Source: a virus
Lineage: Duplodnaviria; Heunggongvirae; Uroviricota; Caudoviricetes
IMG/VR virus record: IMGVR_UViG_3300028260_000001
Coordinates: 120,333 to 184,332 of that record
Length of the DNA: 64,000 nucleotides
Strand: one strand, 5' to 3'
The notes below the pieces were generated by a model. The model was not told the origin of the DNA. It saw only the letters and a list, made by a program, of their open reading frames with translations, and made no database searches. Below, piece by piece: positions 47,392 to 56,753 of this stretch (within the stretch, counting starts at the first letter, position 1; each line of letters begins with the position of its first letter). The position numbers were made by a program, and so were the translations under genes.

Positions 47392-47594
47392 TTAAGAGGG
47401 GTTGAGCTGAATAAGCTAACCAGGTACAATGTGCACCAAGCGCTTATTGCGACAAGTGGGGGAACATACCACCAGCTAAATATTTCTTTGTACTTCTTTT
47501 TGTCGGATTGCAGTATTGCCACCAGTACGATTACAATCATACCCAGTGTACCTATGGATGCTAACGCGATTCCTGCTTCGGCTAGTACAGACAT
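47376..47594 (-). CDS. hypothetical small membrane protein
   Basis: Start at the second ATG (GGAGG RBS). Confidence 0.4.
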   Translation of the reverse strand: MSVLAEAGIALASIGTLGMIVIVLVAILQSDKKKYKEIFSWWYVPPLVAISAWCTLYLVSLFSSTPLKWIWQ

Positions 47595-47604
47595 GTTACC
47601 TCCA

Positions 47605-47630
47605 GACATAAAGCTCTCCCGAAGGAGAGC
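47605..47630 (-). repeat. hairpin cassette (ACATAAA + GCTCTCC-CGAA-GGAGAGC)
   Basis: Same hairpin core as 11005. Confidence 0.5.
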
Positions 47631-47640
47631 CTTTTTGACG

Positions 47641-49041
47641 TTAAACAGCTACGGGGGCTTCGATAGCAGGATCAGGATCGTAACCGATTACTTCCAGGTC
47701 ACGCCACGTCAGATCCAGCACCGATGTACCTACAGGTTGGTTGATCTTCAGTCGAGGCATCTCACGAGGTGTACGATAGAGCTGGGTAGTTACTTGGGCT
47801 TGATGGTTGTTGTAGATATGTGCATCACCTACAACGTGAATCAGTTCCTCACCCCAGTAGTTCAGTTCATGGGCGATCTTGTGGGTCAGCGAAGAATAGA
47901 ACGTAAGATTATACGGCGCACCCAGGAATGCATCGTTACTACGCATGTACACCAGACACTTCAATGCACGGCGTGGGATCAGGCGACTATCCATGTAACT
48001 GTGCATTTTATCTTCATCCAAATGCACACACTCGTCACGCTTTCTCACAAACGCTTCATGCGGTAGGGGTTCAGTGATTGGGTAGTCTGGAGTTTCACTT
48101 TGCTCAGGACCATGCTTCAACATCTGGATGTGTTGACTTAGAGCTTCGTTATACTGTACCTTCATGATCATCCAGCGCTCATTCACACTCAGTTCACGAG
48201 TCCAGAACTGGATGAACGAATGGCATGGTGGTAACGCTTGCTCATCGAGATAAGCTGGGTTCCATGGACACAGAATGTGACGACGAGAATCCGGATTCTC
48301 ACGTAACCCATCGATCAGATCAGTGAATTGGTCAATACGACGAGTAATAACCGCTAGTGGTTTACCAGTGACTTCACCAACCATCACAAAGCCGCGATCC
48401 AAATACGGTTGTAGTTCATCAGTATCCGCAATCAGACGAGTGTCTTCGATGCTACGGAACATCTGTCCGTATACTGCACCGAGTTCGCCTTCCACTACGG
48501 TCTGCGTTGGGACACCAACCATCTCATAGAAAATCGACCAAGCACTATGGGAATAGTCACATTCCATTCGACCGGTTTCTGCTGGATGCTTATGGTAGAT
48601 AGCGTACGCCTGACCGGGGAACACATAAACAACGAAGTGATCGTTGTCCCCTACCAATTCACCTTCTGGCTGGGCCTGTGGGTTATAGGCGCTGTGGTAT
48701 GGATCTTTCCATCCGAAGTGTGTACGGCGGTAATTGCGTTCCATCTCCTTCTGAGTAGCTGGACGATACACACCTGTACCAGCTTTAACCCATTCGTCCC
48801 AAATGCTAACATTGTTCTCTTTCAAGAACTTAACGTTAGTATCGCCAGACAACATCCAGTCTTCTTCAACGAAGCCAGTCTTCAGGTGCAGCTTTTTGGA
48901 TTGCACAGCAGCCAAGCGATTGTTGCTGATATCGTAACGACGTACTACCCCAAACTTAGATGTAGTGCCAGTGCCTGTACGATCACCTTTAGGAACGCCG
49001 TCTTGCAGGATTTCTTCAAGGTAAGAATGATATTGTTCCAT
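47641..49041 (-). CDS. thymidylate synthase family enzyme (ThyA / dNMP hydroxymethylase-like) with two large insertions
   Basis: Aligned by eye to ThyA: DRTGTGT, GDTNVKFLKENNVSIWDEW, ENPDSRRHILCPWNP, LPPCHSF(IQF), C-terminal IGYDPDPAIEAPVAV. Insertions of about 110 and 70 aa; 466 aa total. Confidence 0.75.
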   Translation of the reverse strand: MEQYHSYLEEILQDGVPKGDRTGTGTTSKFGVVRRYDISNNRLAAVQSKKLHLKTGFVEEDWMLSGDTNVKFLKENNVSIWDEWVKAGTGVYRPATQKEMERNYRRTHFGWKDPYHSAYNPQAQPEGELVGDNDHFVVYVFPGQAYAIYHKHPAETGRMECDYSHSAWSIFYEMVGVPTQTVVEGELGAVYGQMFRSIEDTRLIADTDELQPYLDRGFVMVGEVTGKPLAVITRRIDQFTDLIDGLRENPDSRRHILCPWNPAYLDEQALPPCHSFIQFWTRELSVNERWMIMKVQYNEALSQHIQMLKHGPEQSETPDYPITEPLPHEAFVRKRDECVHLDEDKMHSYMDSRLIPRRALKCLVYMRSNDAFLGAPYNLTFYSSLTHKIAHELNYWGEELIHVVGDAHIYNNHQAQVTTQLYRTPREMPRLKINQPVGTSVLDLTWRDLEVIGYDPDPAIEAPVAV

Positions 49042-49064
49042 TGTAGTCCCCTGTTAATAACACA

Positions 49065-49652
49065 CTATTGCCACAGTGCGTCATTTTTCCAGGTATCGTG
49101 GGTTGGGTTGAACAACACACAGAGGGCTTGATCATGGTGTAGTAGCAACACTGGCCATTCCGTGTTCTCACGAAAGCCCCGTTGCACAGCTACCAACGTA
49201 CTGTCCCAGATATCCAGGTCATTGCTCAGATGGATACCTGCGAGGTAATCCGGTACGCGATAAACACCATCGCCTAGTTCCAGGTATGGTTTCTTTTCAA
49301 TGTGCTTTTTCGTAAAGGTCAAACGAACTTTCGCGAATTCAACCAGCGAAAATTTCTCAACCTTCAACCCACCAGTCGAGGAGTTGAACTGGATGGTAGC
49401 CATGAGTTCATCGAAAGGCAACCGATTACGGTAGATGTTGATGTGCTTTCGATCACCATAACTGTGGAACTGAATCTGGAACCCACCTTTCGGCATAGCG
49501 CCATCAGCAGTCAACAAAATACCGCTAACGAAGTCGACGTCTTCACCAATGATATCCCGCTCAGTAATAGTAGTAGAGATATCGAAGTGAACATCCACGT
49601 CGAATTCAACCCGGTTACTTACATCCTTCTTGCAATCTTCACAGCAGCTCAT
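49065..49652 (-). CDS. hypothetical protein
   Basis: Start at MSCCEDCK with AGGAG RBS. Confidence 0.5.
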   Translation of the reverse strand: MSCCEDCKKDVSNRVEFDVDVHFDISTTITERDIIGEDVDFVSGILLTADGAMPKGGFQIQFHSYGDRKHINIYRNRLPFDELMATIQFNSSTGGLKVEKFSLVEFAKVRLTFTKKHIEKKPYLELGDGVYRVPDYLAGIHLSNDLDIWDSTLVAVQRGFRENTEWPVLLLHHDQALCVLFNPTHDTWKNDALWQ

Positions 49653-49688
49653 TTCAGCTCCTAACGACATAAAAGAAAAATAGAGGTT

Positions 49689-49706
49689 GGGGACCCGAAG
49701 GTCCCC
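49689..49706 (-). repeat. hairpin (GGGGACC-CGAA-GGTCCCC)
   Basis: Family member. Confidence 0.5.
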
Positions 49707-49712
49707 TTCCAA

Positions 49713-51539
49713 TTAGGCTTCGACTACCAGTTCATCCAGATCGAATTCTTCCATCTCATCAGCGATGGATTCTTCGATGTAGTTGCGCATGTTAGCCAGA
49801 GTAGTGGTGTGAACGAATTGACCACCCATCCACAGAGGTTTCAGTTCGCCAGACTTGGTAGCCAGATCCAGCCAATCCATGTCGACGCCTTGTGCCAGCT
49901 TGAAGTCGAAGCAATCTTCATCTACCCGCAGGAAACCACGAGCCGATTTCTTCGATGCAGCAGTCTTCGGATCTTTGTACAGTTCCACCAGACGTTCACG
50001 CACTTCACACGCGGTAGCTTTCATAGCCATACCGAAGGTGTCGCGAGTGTTATACTGATAGGTATACGAACCGATACCCAACACGACGTTCGACGAAGCG
50101 AAACCTTTGTTAGCCAGGCGCTGGAAGATCTGTTCGGTGCGTTCTACAGTGATCGAGTCACCATAGATCAGGCCGATGTATTCGTTCAGGACTTTGTAGC
50201 CCTTTCCGTTTACGTGACCACCGAAGGATTCCCACAGCGATTCAATTGCACCGATCGCTTCCGCACGAGACATCTCACGACCAATGTAACTATCAGGATC
50301 ATTCCCAATATAGTCTTGGTTGTCCAACTCGAAATAGCGATCACCGATGCGAATAGCTTCGCCATTGACTGCACACCAACCGATGTTGTACAATGCCTGT
50401 TGGAATGCTGACATCGACTCGTATTCGACCAAGGTAAAGCCAGTGATGACTTTAACAGGATCACCCGAGTCAGGACGCACTACGACTTTCGCCAGACCCA
50501 GAGCGTTCTTCTTACGTGCTTCAATCTCTACCCGCAGAGAAGGCAGTACGTTTGCAATCACACCCCAGAAGTCGAACGAGTCACATACCAGCGACACGAT
50601 ACCTTCGTTGACTTTCTTGCTGATGATCTCCAGGATGAACTCACGTTCACACTGTAGTTTCAGACGATCGATCAAACCAACGTATTGCTCGTGTGGCATT
50701 GCTGCCAGTTCAGCTGGATCAATAGCTTCCAACATGTCTTGCAGGCGCGACAGGATATTCGCAGTAGCTACGGCGTGCTCAGTAGCAGTAACCGAAGCAC
50801 CTACCAGTTCCTTATCGGAATCAGCACCGTACAGCGCTTCGAGGTAGTCGATCGACGGGATGGTATCGGTACCAGCGAATGCCAGCAGGTGACCACCGTT
50901 AGAACGACCAGCAGCTTCTGGACCAGGCATACCACGGAACGAGAAGTCGTGACCTTGGAACAGGATGTGGTCACGGTTATCACAGGTCTTGGCTGCCCAA
51001 CGTTCCATCACACGACGATATTCGTAGGCGATAGTGGCGTTGGTAATTTGCTGCCAGTTGTACGACGACAGGATGGTTTCCAGGTAGTTAACCAACCAGT
51101 AGTGTTCTTTGTGCTCTTCTTCGTTGTACAGTACCCACAGCGGAATACCGATGTTAACGCGTTTGCCTTCTTCCAGAGCCAGCACGGTTACAGGCAGGTA
51201 GCCTACGTCATGCAGTGCAGCGATCTGTTTGACCGAGATGACATCAACACCACAAGCATTGTCGAAGCGACGCTTGATCTTCTTGATGGCCTTCTCTTTT
51301 TCGACCTTGAAGAAGGTACGATCCCACAGCTCAACCAGTTCTTGCCAGGTACCGTAGATACCGAAGTTTACGACTTTGTTGTCGTAGTACGACGAAGCCG
51401 ATTTCGAGCGCATGAAGTTCTTGGCCGAACGCGGGGTGAAGTTCGAATACTTACGGGTGGTGCCTTCCGGGTACAGAGGACCGTGGCCTGGTTTGTAGAA
51501 GTCAGTACCGGTACCAGCTTGAAGCCAAAGTGCAGACAT
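49713..51539 (-). CDS. nadV: nicotinamide phosphoribosyltransferase family protein (NadV / Namat-like)
   Basis: FYKPGH, GHDFSFRGMPGPEAAG, GTDT, VVRPDSGDPVKVI align to NAMPT/NadV blocks; 608 aa. Confidence 0.8.
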   Translation of the reverse strand: MSALWLQAGTGTDFYKPGHGPLYPEGTTRKYSNFTPRSAKNFMRSKSASSYYDNKVVNFGIYGTWQELVELWDRTFFKVEKEKAIKKIKRRFDNACGVDVISVKQIAALHDVGYLPVTVLALEEGKRVNIGIPLWVLYNEEEHKEHYWLVNYLETILSSYNWQQITNATIAYEYRRVMERWAAKTCDNRDHILFQGHDFSFRGMPGPEAAGRSNGGHLLAFAGTDTIPSIDYLEALYGADSDKELVGASVTATEHAVATANILSRLQDMLEAIDPAELAAMPHEQYVGLIDRLKLQCEREFILEIISKKVNEGIVSLVCDSFDFWGVIANVLPSLRVEIEARKKNALGLAKVVVRPDSGDPVKVITGFTLVEYESMSAFQQALYNIGWCAVNGEAIRIGDRYFELDNQDYIGNDPDSYIGREMSRAEAIGAIESLWESFGGHVNGKGYKVLNEYIGLIYGDSITVERTEQIFQRLANKGFASSNVVLGIGSYTYQYNTRDTFGMAMKATACEVRERLVELYKDPKTAASKKSARGFLRVDEDCFDFKLAQGVDMDWLDLATKSGELKPLWMGGQFVHTTTLANMRNYIEESIADEMEEFDLDELVVEA

Positions 51540-51548
51540 GTTGAATCC

Positions 51549-52493
51549 TTAGAGGTGCTTGAATGCGATCAGGTTTTCAGGATTGTTCTCACGGGAAGGC
51601 AGATCCACGTGATAGGTATTCATGGTGTAAACTTTGTCGAAGACATCGGTCAACACATTGATGCCAGCCGAGAAGATGCCGTGAGTGACGTAGAGCGACA
51701 ACGAACCCAGGTCATATTGCTTCAGGACCTTAGCGAGCTCAGTGAAGGTACGGCCACCATCACAGATGTCATCAACGATCAACAGTTCTTCGCCGCGGAG
51801 TTCATCGAGTTCCAGAACTTCTTCACCGCAAACAAAGCTGTCTACAGTAGTGCGCAGGATCTTGCCGTCACGAGTGTTACGTACCTTGTTAGCGTACACA
51901 ACACCTTTGAAGCCGAATTCCTTTGCCAGCGATTCGACTTTCTTACGTGCACCAGCATCTGGAGCAACCAAGATGGTCTTAGCTGGGTTGATTCGATCGA
52001 CACTGCCGATATCTAGCATGTGCTTGCGGAACAGATCATTCAGCGAGAACACACGAGCATTGTTCAGCACCGAACCAATCACGTCAGAGTGAGGGTCTGT
52101 CAGAACAACACGCTCAACATTCAAACTGTTGATGACGTGGGCAAACGCCTTAGCTGAATTCGCTTCACCTGGATTGCACACACGGTCTTGACGAGCGTAT
52201 GGCATGTAGCCGATGTCCAGAGTAATCTGTGGGTTAGCTACGGTCGCGTTTTCACGGATAGCGTTAACAGCCATGATCAAAGACCAAGCAGCAGCTGCGT
52301 CAGGTAGAGCAGCTACAATGCGATAAGTCTCGCCTTTATACCAGACACCCTTGCGACCATGTACATCCTCACGTGGGATAGATACGTTCACTTCACCCGC
52401 AGGGAACATTCGCCCATCGCGGATTTCGGTAGGGAAGGACTGGGAGTGACCCAATCCCTCCTGAGTAACGATCAACTTCAGATTCTGTGTCAT
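51549..52493 (-). CDS. prs: ribose-phosphate pyrophosphokinase family protein (Prs / Adps-like)
   Basis: GEVNVSIPRED, YMPYARQDR, LIVDDICDGGRTF (PRPP-binding loop). Confidence 0.8.
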   Translation of the reverse strand: MTQNLKLIVTQEGLGHSQSFPTEIRDGRMFPAGEVNVSIPREDVHGRKGVWYKGETYRIVAALPDAAAAWSLIMAVNAIRENATVANPQITLDIGYMPYARQDRVCNPGEANSAKAFAHVINSLNVERVVLTDPHSDVIGSVLNNARVFSLNDLFRKHMLDIGSVDRINPAKTILVAPDAGARKKVESLAKEFGFKGVVYANKVRNTRDGKILRTTVDSFVCGEEVLELDELRGEELLIVDDICDGGRTFTELAKVLKQYDLGSLSLYVTHGIFSAGINVLTDVFDKVYTMNTYHVDLPSRENNPENLIAFKHL

Positions 52494-52834
52494 GCAGCTT
52501 CCTTTTGTTCCATTGCAAAGTCGGCATCGAAAAGCAACTCGACATCACCGAGCTTCGTTTTGATGTTGCTATCAGCTTCGTACCGGCAAGTCTCCAGATC
52601 CATAACCAGATCTGTTTCCTGATCACCACAGCGTACCAGGAAACGTGCAACCTTGCCAAGTTCAACACCACGAGCGATAACTTCAACTTCGTTCGTGAGT
52701 ACATGTTCGCCATGATAAGCAGCAACGAACTTAACCGAAACCACTTTCGCTCCTTCAGTAACAAAGAAGCGATCTTTGTGGTAAGTCATTTCATCAGGCA
52801 GTACGCGGAAAAAGTGATGCAGTTTTGGTTCCAT
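52490..52834 (-). CDS. hypothetical protein (coupled to prs-like gene)
   Basis: ATGA overlap with the downstream start. Confidence 0.45.
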   Translation of the reverse strand: MEPKLHHFFRVLPDEMTYHKDRFFVTEGAKVVSVKFVAAYHGEHVLTNEVEVIARGVELGKVARFLVRCGDQETDLVMDLETCRYEADSNIKTKLGDVELLFDADFAMEQKEAA

Positions 52835-52843
52835 GATATCCTC

Positions 52844-54220
52844 TTACACAGCTGGTTCGCCCACAGCTTCAATTGGTACCGCACCACGTTTAGCGGGTGC
52901 TTTCTTTACTGGGGCAGGTTCTGGTCTCAATGCGTAGTTCTCAGCGATATAGCTGTCGCTGAGAGTACCGAGATGTTCGATGAACGCACTGGCGTCATGT
53001 GGATGTTCCGTAAACAGGCCGGACAATACTGCAGCCGCCGTATCCGGGAACATTACATTACGGTCGTAAGTAGGATTATCATACATCGCATCGATGTAGC
53101 GCTTAACTTCAGCGTCTTTCAAGAATGGTACGTGGATGTTTTTATCCACACGAGAAGGACGATATACAGCTGGGTCGATCTTCTCGATGTGGTTGGTGGT
53201 CATCACGATGATCAGGTCTTCGAGTTCCACTACACCCTGCAAGATGTTGAGGAACGTGGACAGCTGAATATCACAGTCCATGAAGGCCAGTTCTTTAGCG
53301 ATGCCATCATCACCCATTTCGAGACGCTTCTCAGTCGGTTCAGCTGCTACACGACGGTGCAGCGACTTAACGTCATCGAAGTCTTCAATGCAGAGCATGT
53401 CCCCAGGCGAAAGCTGGGAGATCAGTTTCTGCAATGCACGACCATCGGTAGCCAAGTTAATGAAGTGTACGTCTCGTTTGAATCTACGAGCCGCAGCTTT
53501 AATTAACGAGGTTTTACCCGTACCAGGTGGACCTTCGAGAATCACGGTGTGTTTGTACGCACGACCACGCTTACGGTACCACTGTTCGTTGTCGATGAAT
53601 CGCTGAATCGAACCGAAGAACTCTTCCTCAACGGTTGGATCGATTACGAGAATCTCACCTTGGTTCAGCTTGAGCTTACCCGTGATAGACCAACGACCTT
53701 CTTCTGGAGCATAGATCCGCACAGCATTTTTATCTTTCTTGATGCGGAACTCTTCTACCAGTCGTTCGAATGGTTCTGTACTACGACCGAACGTATAAAG
53801 AGTGAACTCTTCTTTTTCAATGTCCGTACCTGAAGATGCCAGGCGTTGTACATTGAACCAGAAGTAACGCCCTTCAAAGAAGAACCAGTGGAATCCCATA
53901 CCCGGACCGAATGCAGGATCGTCACGATCAAACGTTACACGCCGGTTACGATCGTACTTCGCCCACTTGGTGCGAGCAAACCACTTCATAAACTCAGCGT
54001 AGTTATGCAGGTCCATCGAGTACGACCCAGCACGGGTAAACGTCATCGATGCCACGGTGTTACGACGAATGAAGTTCCAGATGGTCTGCGGGATAGTTCG
54101 ACCGAACCAACCTAATACGCCCATCAGACCCAAGGTCATAAAACCTTTAACCGTCGAATCGCCAGAACTCAGCAATTCGAGGGTATTATGGAAGAACGAC
54201 AAAACCTCATTAACAATCAT
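52844..54220 (-). CDS. BCS1-like AAA+ ATPase with N-terminal membrane anchor
   Basis: Walker A GPPGTGKTS, Walker B LCIEDFDD, MTTNHIEKIDPAVYRPSRVD matching the BCS1 TNYIDRLDPALIRPGRVD. Confidence 0.75.
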   Translation of the reverse strand: MIVNEVLSFFHNTLELLSSGDSTVKGFMTLGLMGVLGWFGRTIPQTIWNFIRRNTVASMTFTRAGSYSMDLHNYAEFMKWFARTKWAKYDRNRRVTFDRDDPAFGPGMGFHWFFFEGRYFWFNVQRLASSGTDIEKEEFTLYTFGRSTEPFERLVEEFRIKKDKNAVRIYAPEEGRWSITGKLKLNQGEILVIDPTVEEEFFGSIQRFIDNEQWYRKRGRAYKHTVILEGPPGTGKTSLIKAAARRFKRDVHFINLATDGRALQKLISQLSPGDMLCIEDFDDVKSLHRRVAAEPTEKRLEMGDDGIAKELAFMDCDIQLSTFLNILQGVVELEDLIIVMTTNHIEKIDPAVYRPSRVDKNIHVPFLKDAEVKRYIDAMYDNPTYDRNVMFPDTAAAVLSGLFTEHPHDASAFIEHLGTLSDSYIAENYALRPEPAPVKKAPAKRGAVPIEAVGEPAV

Positions 54221-54894
54221 CAGTTAAGCCCAGGTTGGATTGTAACGACACTGTCCCAGTTTTCACCGGCAGCTTGTACGTATTCGTAGAATGCATCAAT
54301 TGCTTCGGGAGAAGATATGTGGTTCACCCCTTCTTTGGTTGGTTCCAGCTTCTGGTCTGTAAGAGTCCAGTGGAACTCTTCGTTGTCGTACATCAGGGCG
54401 AAAACGTCATAACGAACATTTAGTACAACAGTTACTTCGAGCAGGTTAGTGAAGCCAACCTTGTTCGTATTAACACCCACGACAGTCGCATCGACATATG
54501 GCTGGAGCTGCTCGTAGCTGTATGCACCAGCGAGTTTGGAAAGGCGGAGACCCCAATCCATAACTTGGTCCATTAGTCCACGTTCAACCATGTCCACAAA
54601 CGGTACCATGTCGTTACCAACTTGCTCCATATTCGGAGCATGTGTATATTGACGAGTACTAACATCCATGTGGTATAGGTGTCCGTTATTCTGGCGGTGC
54701 ACCGGAAGGAAGTTGAAGACGATTCGATGGAGCTCTTCCGAGTGTACCAGAGTTTCCTCAGGGCACCAGATCAAGTCCTTATAGAACATGTCGTTAAGGG
54801 CGTAAAGATCCACGGGTGTGAACCGTGGAGTCTTTGCCATGAAATCGAATACCGCTGTCTTACGTACAGCAGGAACCAGACGATCCAGGTTCAC
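54220..54894 (-). CDS. hypothetical protein
   Basis: 224 aa; ATGA overlap with neighbours. Confidence 0.5.
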   Translation of the reverse strand: MNLDRLVPAVRKTAVFDFMAKTPRFTPVDLYALNDMFYKDLIWCPEETLVHSEELHRIVFNFLPVHRQNNGHLYHMDVSTRQYTHAPNMEQVGNDMVPFVDMVERGLMDQVMDWGLRLSKLAGAYSYEQLQPYVDATVVGVNTNKVGFTNLLEVTVVLNVRYDVFALMYDNEEFHWTLTDQKLEPTKEGVNHISSPEAIDAFYEYVQAAGENWDSVVTIQPGLN

Positions 54895-55583
54895 GCTTTA
54901 CCCCCTTGGATAACACGCAGGTGTGGCGGACATACACGACGTTTACGTGGAGTAGGCAGCGAGAAGCCACCAACGTCGCCGAAGTCGAGGAGTGGTTTGG
55001 GTTGTTCTTTTGGTGCAGGTGCAGCAGGACGTTGTGCCAGAGGCTTGCGTTTCATCAACTCTTGAAGCGTCGGCAGTTGATTGCCGTCTTCATCATGCGT
55101 CAGTGGTTCTACGCCATGCACTGCGTAAGCACCATCGGGCAGTGTGTCACCTTCCATATCACCCATCGGACCTTGCATACCACTTTGGGCCAGAAGGTCT
55201 TGCAGTTCTTCACGGAGTTGAATACCCAGCAGTTCACGCTCGACATTCGGGATAGGCAGGAAGCTTTGAGTCGAATCGGAAGTCGGAACGATGAAACCCA
55301 GTACAGCAGCGTACGGAACTTCTACGAAAACGTCTTGACGATTGTAGCCACAGTTGAAGCTGAAGTTTTCTTCATTGTAGCTGAAATTCTTGGTTGCGTT
55401 TGCAGCGATGTTCAGTTTGATCTGATACAGCCCGTTTACTTCAGGTTCCATGATACCGACATCAAACATGCGGGCATCAGCAACCAACAGGATACGACGT
55501 GGCATATCCATGTCGATGAACCACTGGATCATGGTGTTCATTACGGCACGGGTCATGTTCAGCTCAGGTGCGGCTTGCAGCAT
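54891..55583 (-). CDS. SspB-like ClpXP adaptor homologue with C-terminal tail ending LRVIQGGKA
   Basis: QIKLNIAANATKNFSYNEENFSFNCGYNRQDVFVEVPYAAVLGFIV aligns to the E. coli SspB block QIVLNIAPRAVGNLELANDEVRFNARFGGIPRQVSVPLAAVLAIYA. N-terminal IQWFIDMDMPRRILLVAD matches YEWLLDNQLTPHLVVDV. Confidence 0.6.
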   Translation of the reverse strand: MLQAAPELNMTRAVMNTMIQWFIDMDMPRRILLVADARMFDVGIMEPEVNGLYQIKLNIAANATKNFSYNEENFSFNCGYNRQDVFVEVPYAAVLGFIVPTSDSTQSFLPIPNVERELLGIQLREELQDLLAQSGMQGPMGDMEGDTLPDGAYAVHGVEPLTHDEDGNQLPTLQELMKRKPLAQRPAAPAPKEQPKPLLDFGDVGGFSLPTPRKRRVCPPHLRVIQGGKA

Positions 55584-55614
55584 TGTCTTACTCCAATTTT
55601 AGCGTTAGAATTCA

Positions 55615-55631
55615 AAGTAGTGATATAGATT
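55615..55631 (-). promoter_or_regulatory. promoter-like motif (sense: AAAGTTTGAAATCTATATCACTACTTTG)
   Basis: Near-identical 28-mer at 63461-63488. Confidence 0.45.
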
Positions 55632-55647
55632 TCAAACTTTTTGCACT

Positions 55648-55821
55648 TCACACCCAGATGCAGATTAAAATAGCCACCAGCATCATTACCAAACCAGGGA
55701 ACTTCTCGTCTTTGTGAGAACGACCGATGTCATCAGCATCCAGGTATTCTTCACGTGGACCGAAGAAGATCAACGCACCAAATACGAATATAACAAAGGC
55801 AACTAGATAAGCAGCCCACAT
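55648..55821 (-). CDS. hypothetical small membrane protein
   Basis: Start at MWAAYL with GGAG RBS. Confidence 0.4.
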   Translation of the reverse strand: MWAAYLVAFVIFVFGALIFFGPREEYLDADDIGRSHKDEKFPGLVMMLVAILICIWV

Positions 55822-55838
55822 CTCTTTTGCTCCAATGG

Positions 55839-55865
55839 GACATAAGGCCCTCCCGAAGGAAGGCC
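55839..55865 (-). repeat. hairpin cassette (GACATAAGG + GGCCCTCC-CGAA-GGAAGGCC)
   Basis: Family member. Confidence 0.45.
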
Positions 55866-55870
55866 AAACA

Positions 55871-56245
55871 TCAATAGTTGAGTACGACTGTTTTGCCGTA
55901 GTCATTCGCCATACAGCTGACGTATGAAGTTTGATACGTATCCATCGGAGTTTTACGTTCCTGATAAACACGATCTACTTCTGTTACCGCTTTAGGAAGA
56001 ATGCTGTAAAGAACGTTATCTTTATTCTTCACAACGTATCCCTTTAGGGAGAGAAGGTTAGAGCGCCATTGTTGCTGGGACTCCCCGCGCGATTTTGCTT
56101 CTGCTCCAGCTTTAGCCATCAAGGCCAAACTATCACAGTAGTTATTATCCGCGACAACCGTCTCTGTTGCCATCGCATTGCCTGAAACCGCAAGTGCGGT
56201 TACAAGAACCAACGACCTCAGTACGTGTGTTAAACATTGCATCAC
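55871..56245 (-). CDS. hypothetical secreted protein
   Basis: Signal peptide ...AVSGNAMA. Confidence 0.5.
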   Translation of the reverse strand: MMQCLTHVLRSLVLVTALAVSGNAMATETVVADNNYCDSLALMAKAGAEAKSRGESQQQWRSNLLSLKGYVVKNKDNVLYSILPKAVTEVDRVYQERKTPMDTYQTSYVSCMANDYGKTVVLNY

Positions 56246-56289
56246 GTTGCCTCATGTTGAAGGATCAGAATATAATGGCACTCAAGCCA

Positions 56290-56745
56290 TTATTCGTGCA
56301 GCCCTCGCAGGCGCAATACACGATATCCTTCTTCCTCTGTCATGAGCTGCCAGCCCAAAGCAGTGGTCTTTTTGGGACGCAGTGCAGGGGCTACCAGATA
56401 GTTAGCCAGCCCGTACATTTGCCCGATAATCGAACGCAATGGAGTTTCGTATTCCTTGTGTGGGGCGAACAGATCACAGTCCATGCTTTTGAATTCACCG
56501 TCGTCACGCCAAGCGCAGGTGACACCCATCAACATCTTACCAGCTGGGGCAATGACCTTTTCACAATCGATCGGTTGATCGTGTTCAATGCGTTCCAGGT
56601 GTTTATCCAGGAAATCGTAAAGCGGACATTCAGGTCCAATGCCAGTGCACCAACGTGGTGACTCTGGTGGTGTACTGACCAGCGGTAAGTGGGCAGCAAT
56701 TGCATCAAAGTGCTGTTCATCCAACACGTAAAGAATAGTAGACAT
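56290..56745 (-). CDS. hypothetical protein
   Basis: 151 aa. Confidence 0.5.
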   Translation of the reverse strand: MSTILYVLDEQHFDAIAAHLPLVSTPPESPRWCTGIGPECPLYDFLDKHLERIEHDQPIDCEKVIAPAGKMLMGVTCAWRDDGEFKSMDCDLFAPHKEYETPLRSIIGQMYGLANYLVAPALRPKKTTALGWQLMTEEEGYRVLRLRGLHE

Positions 56746-56753
56746 TTGTTTCC

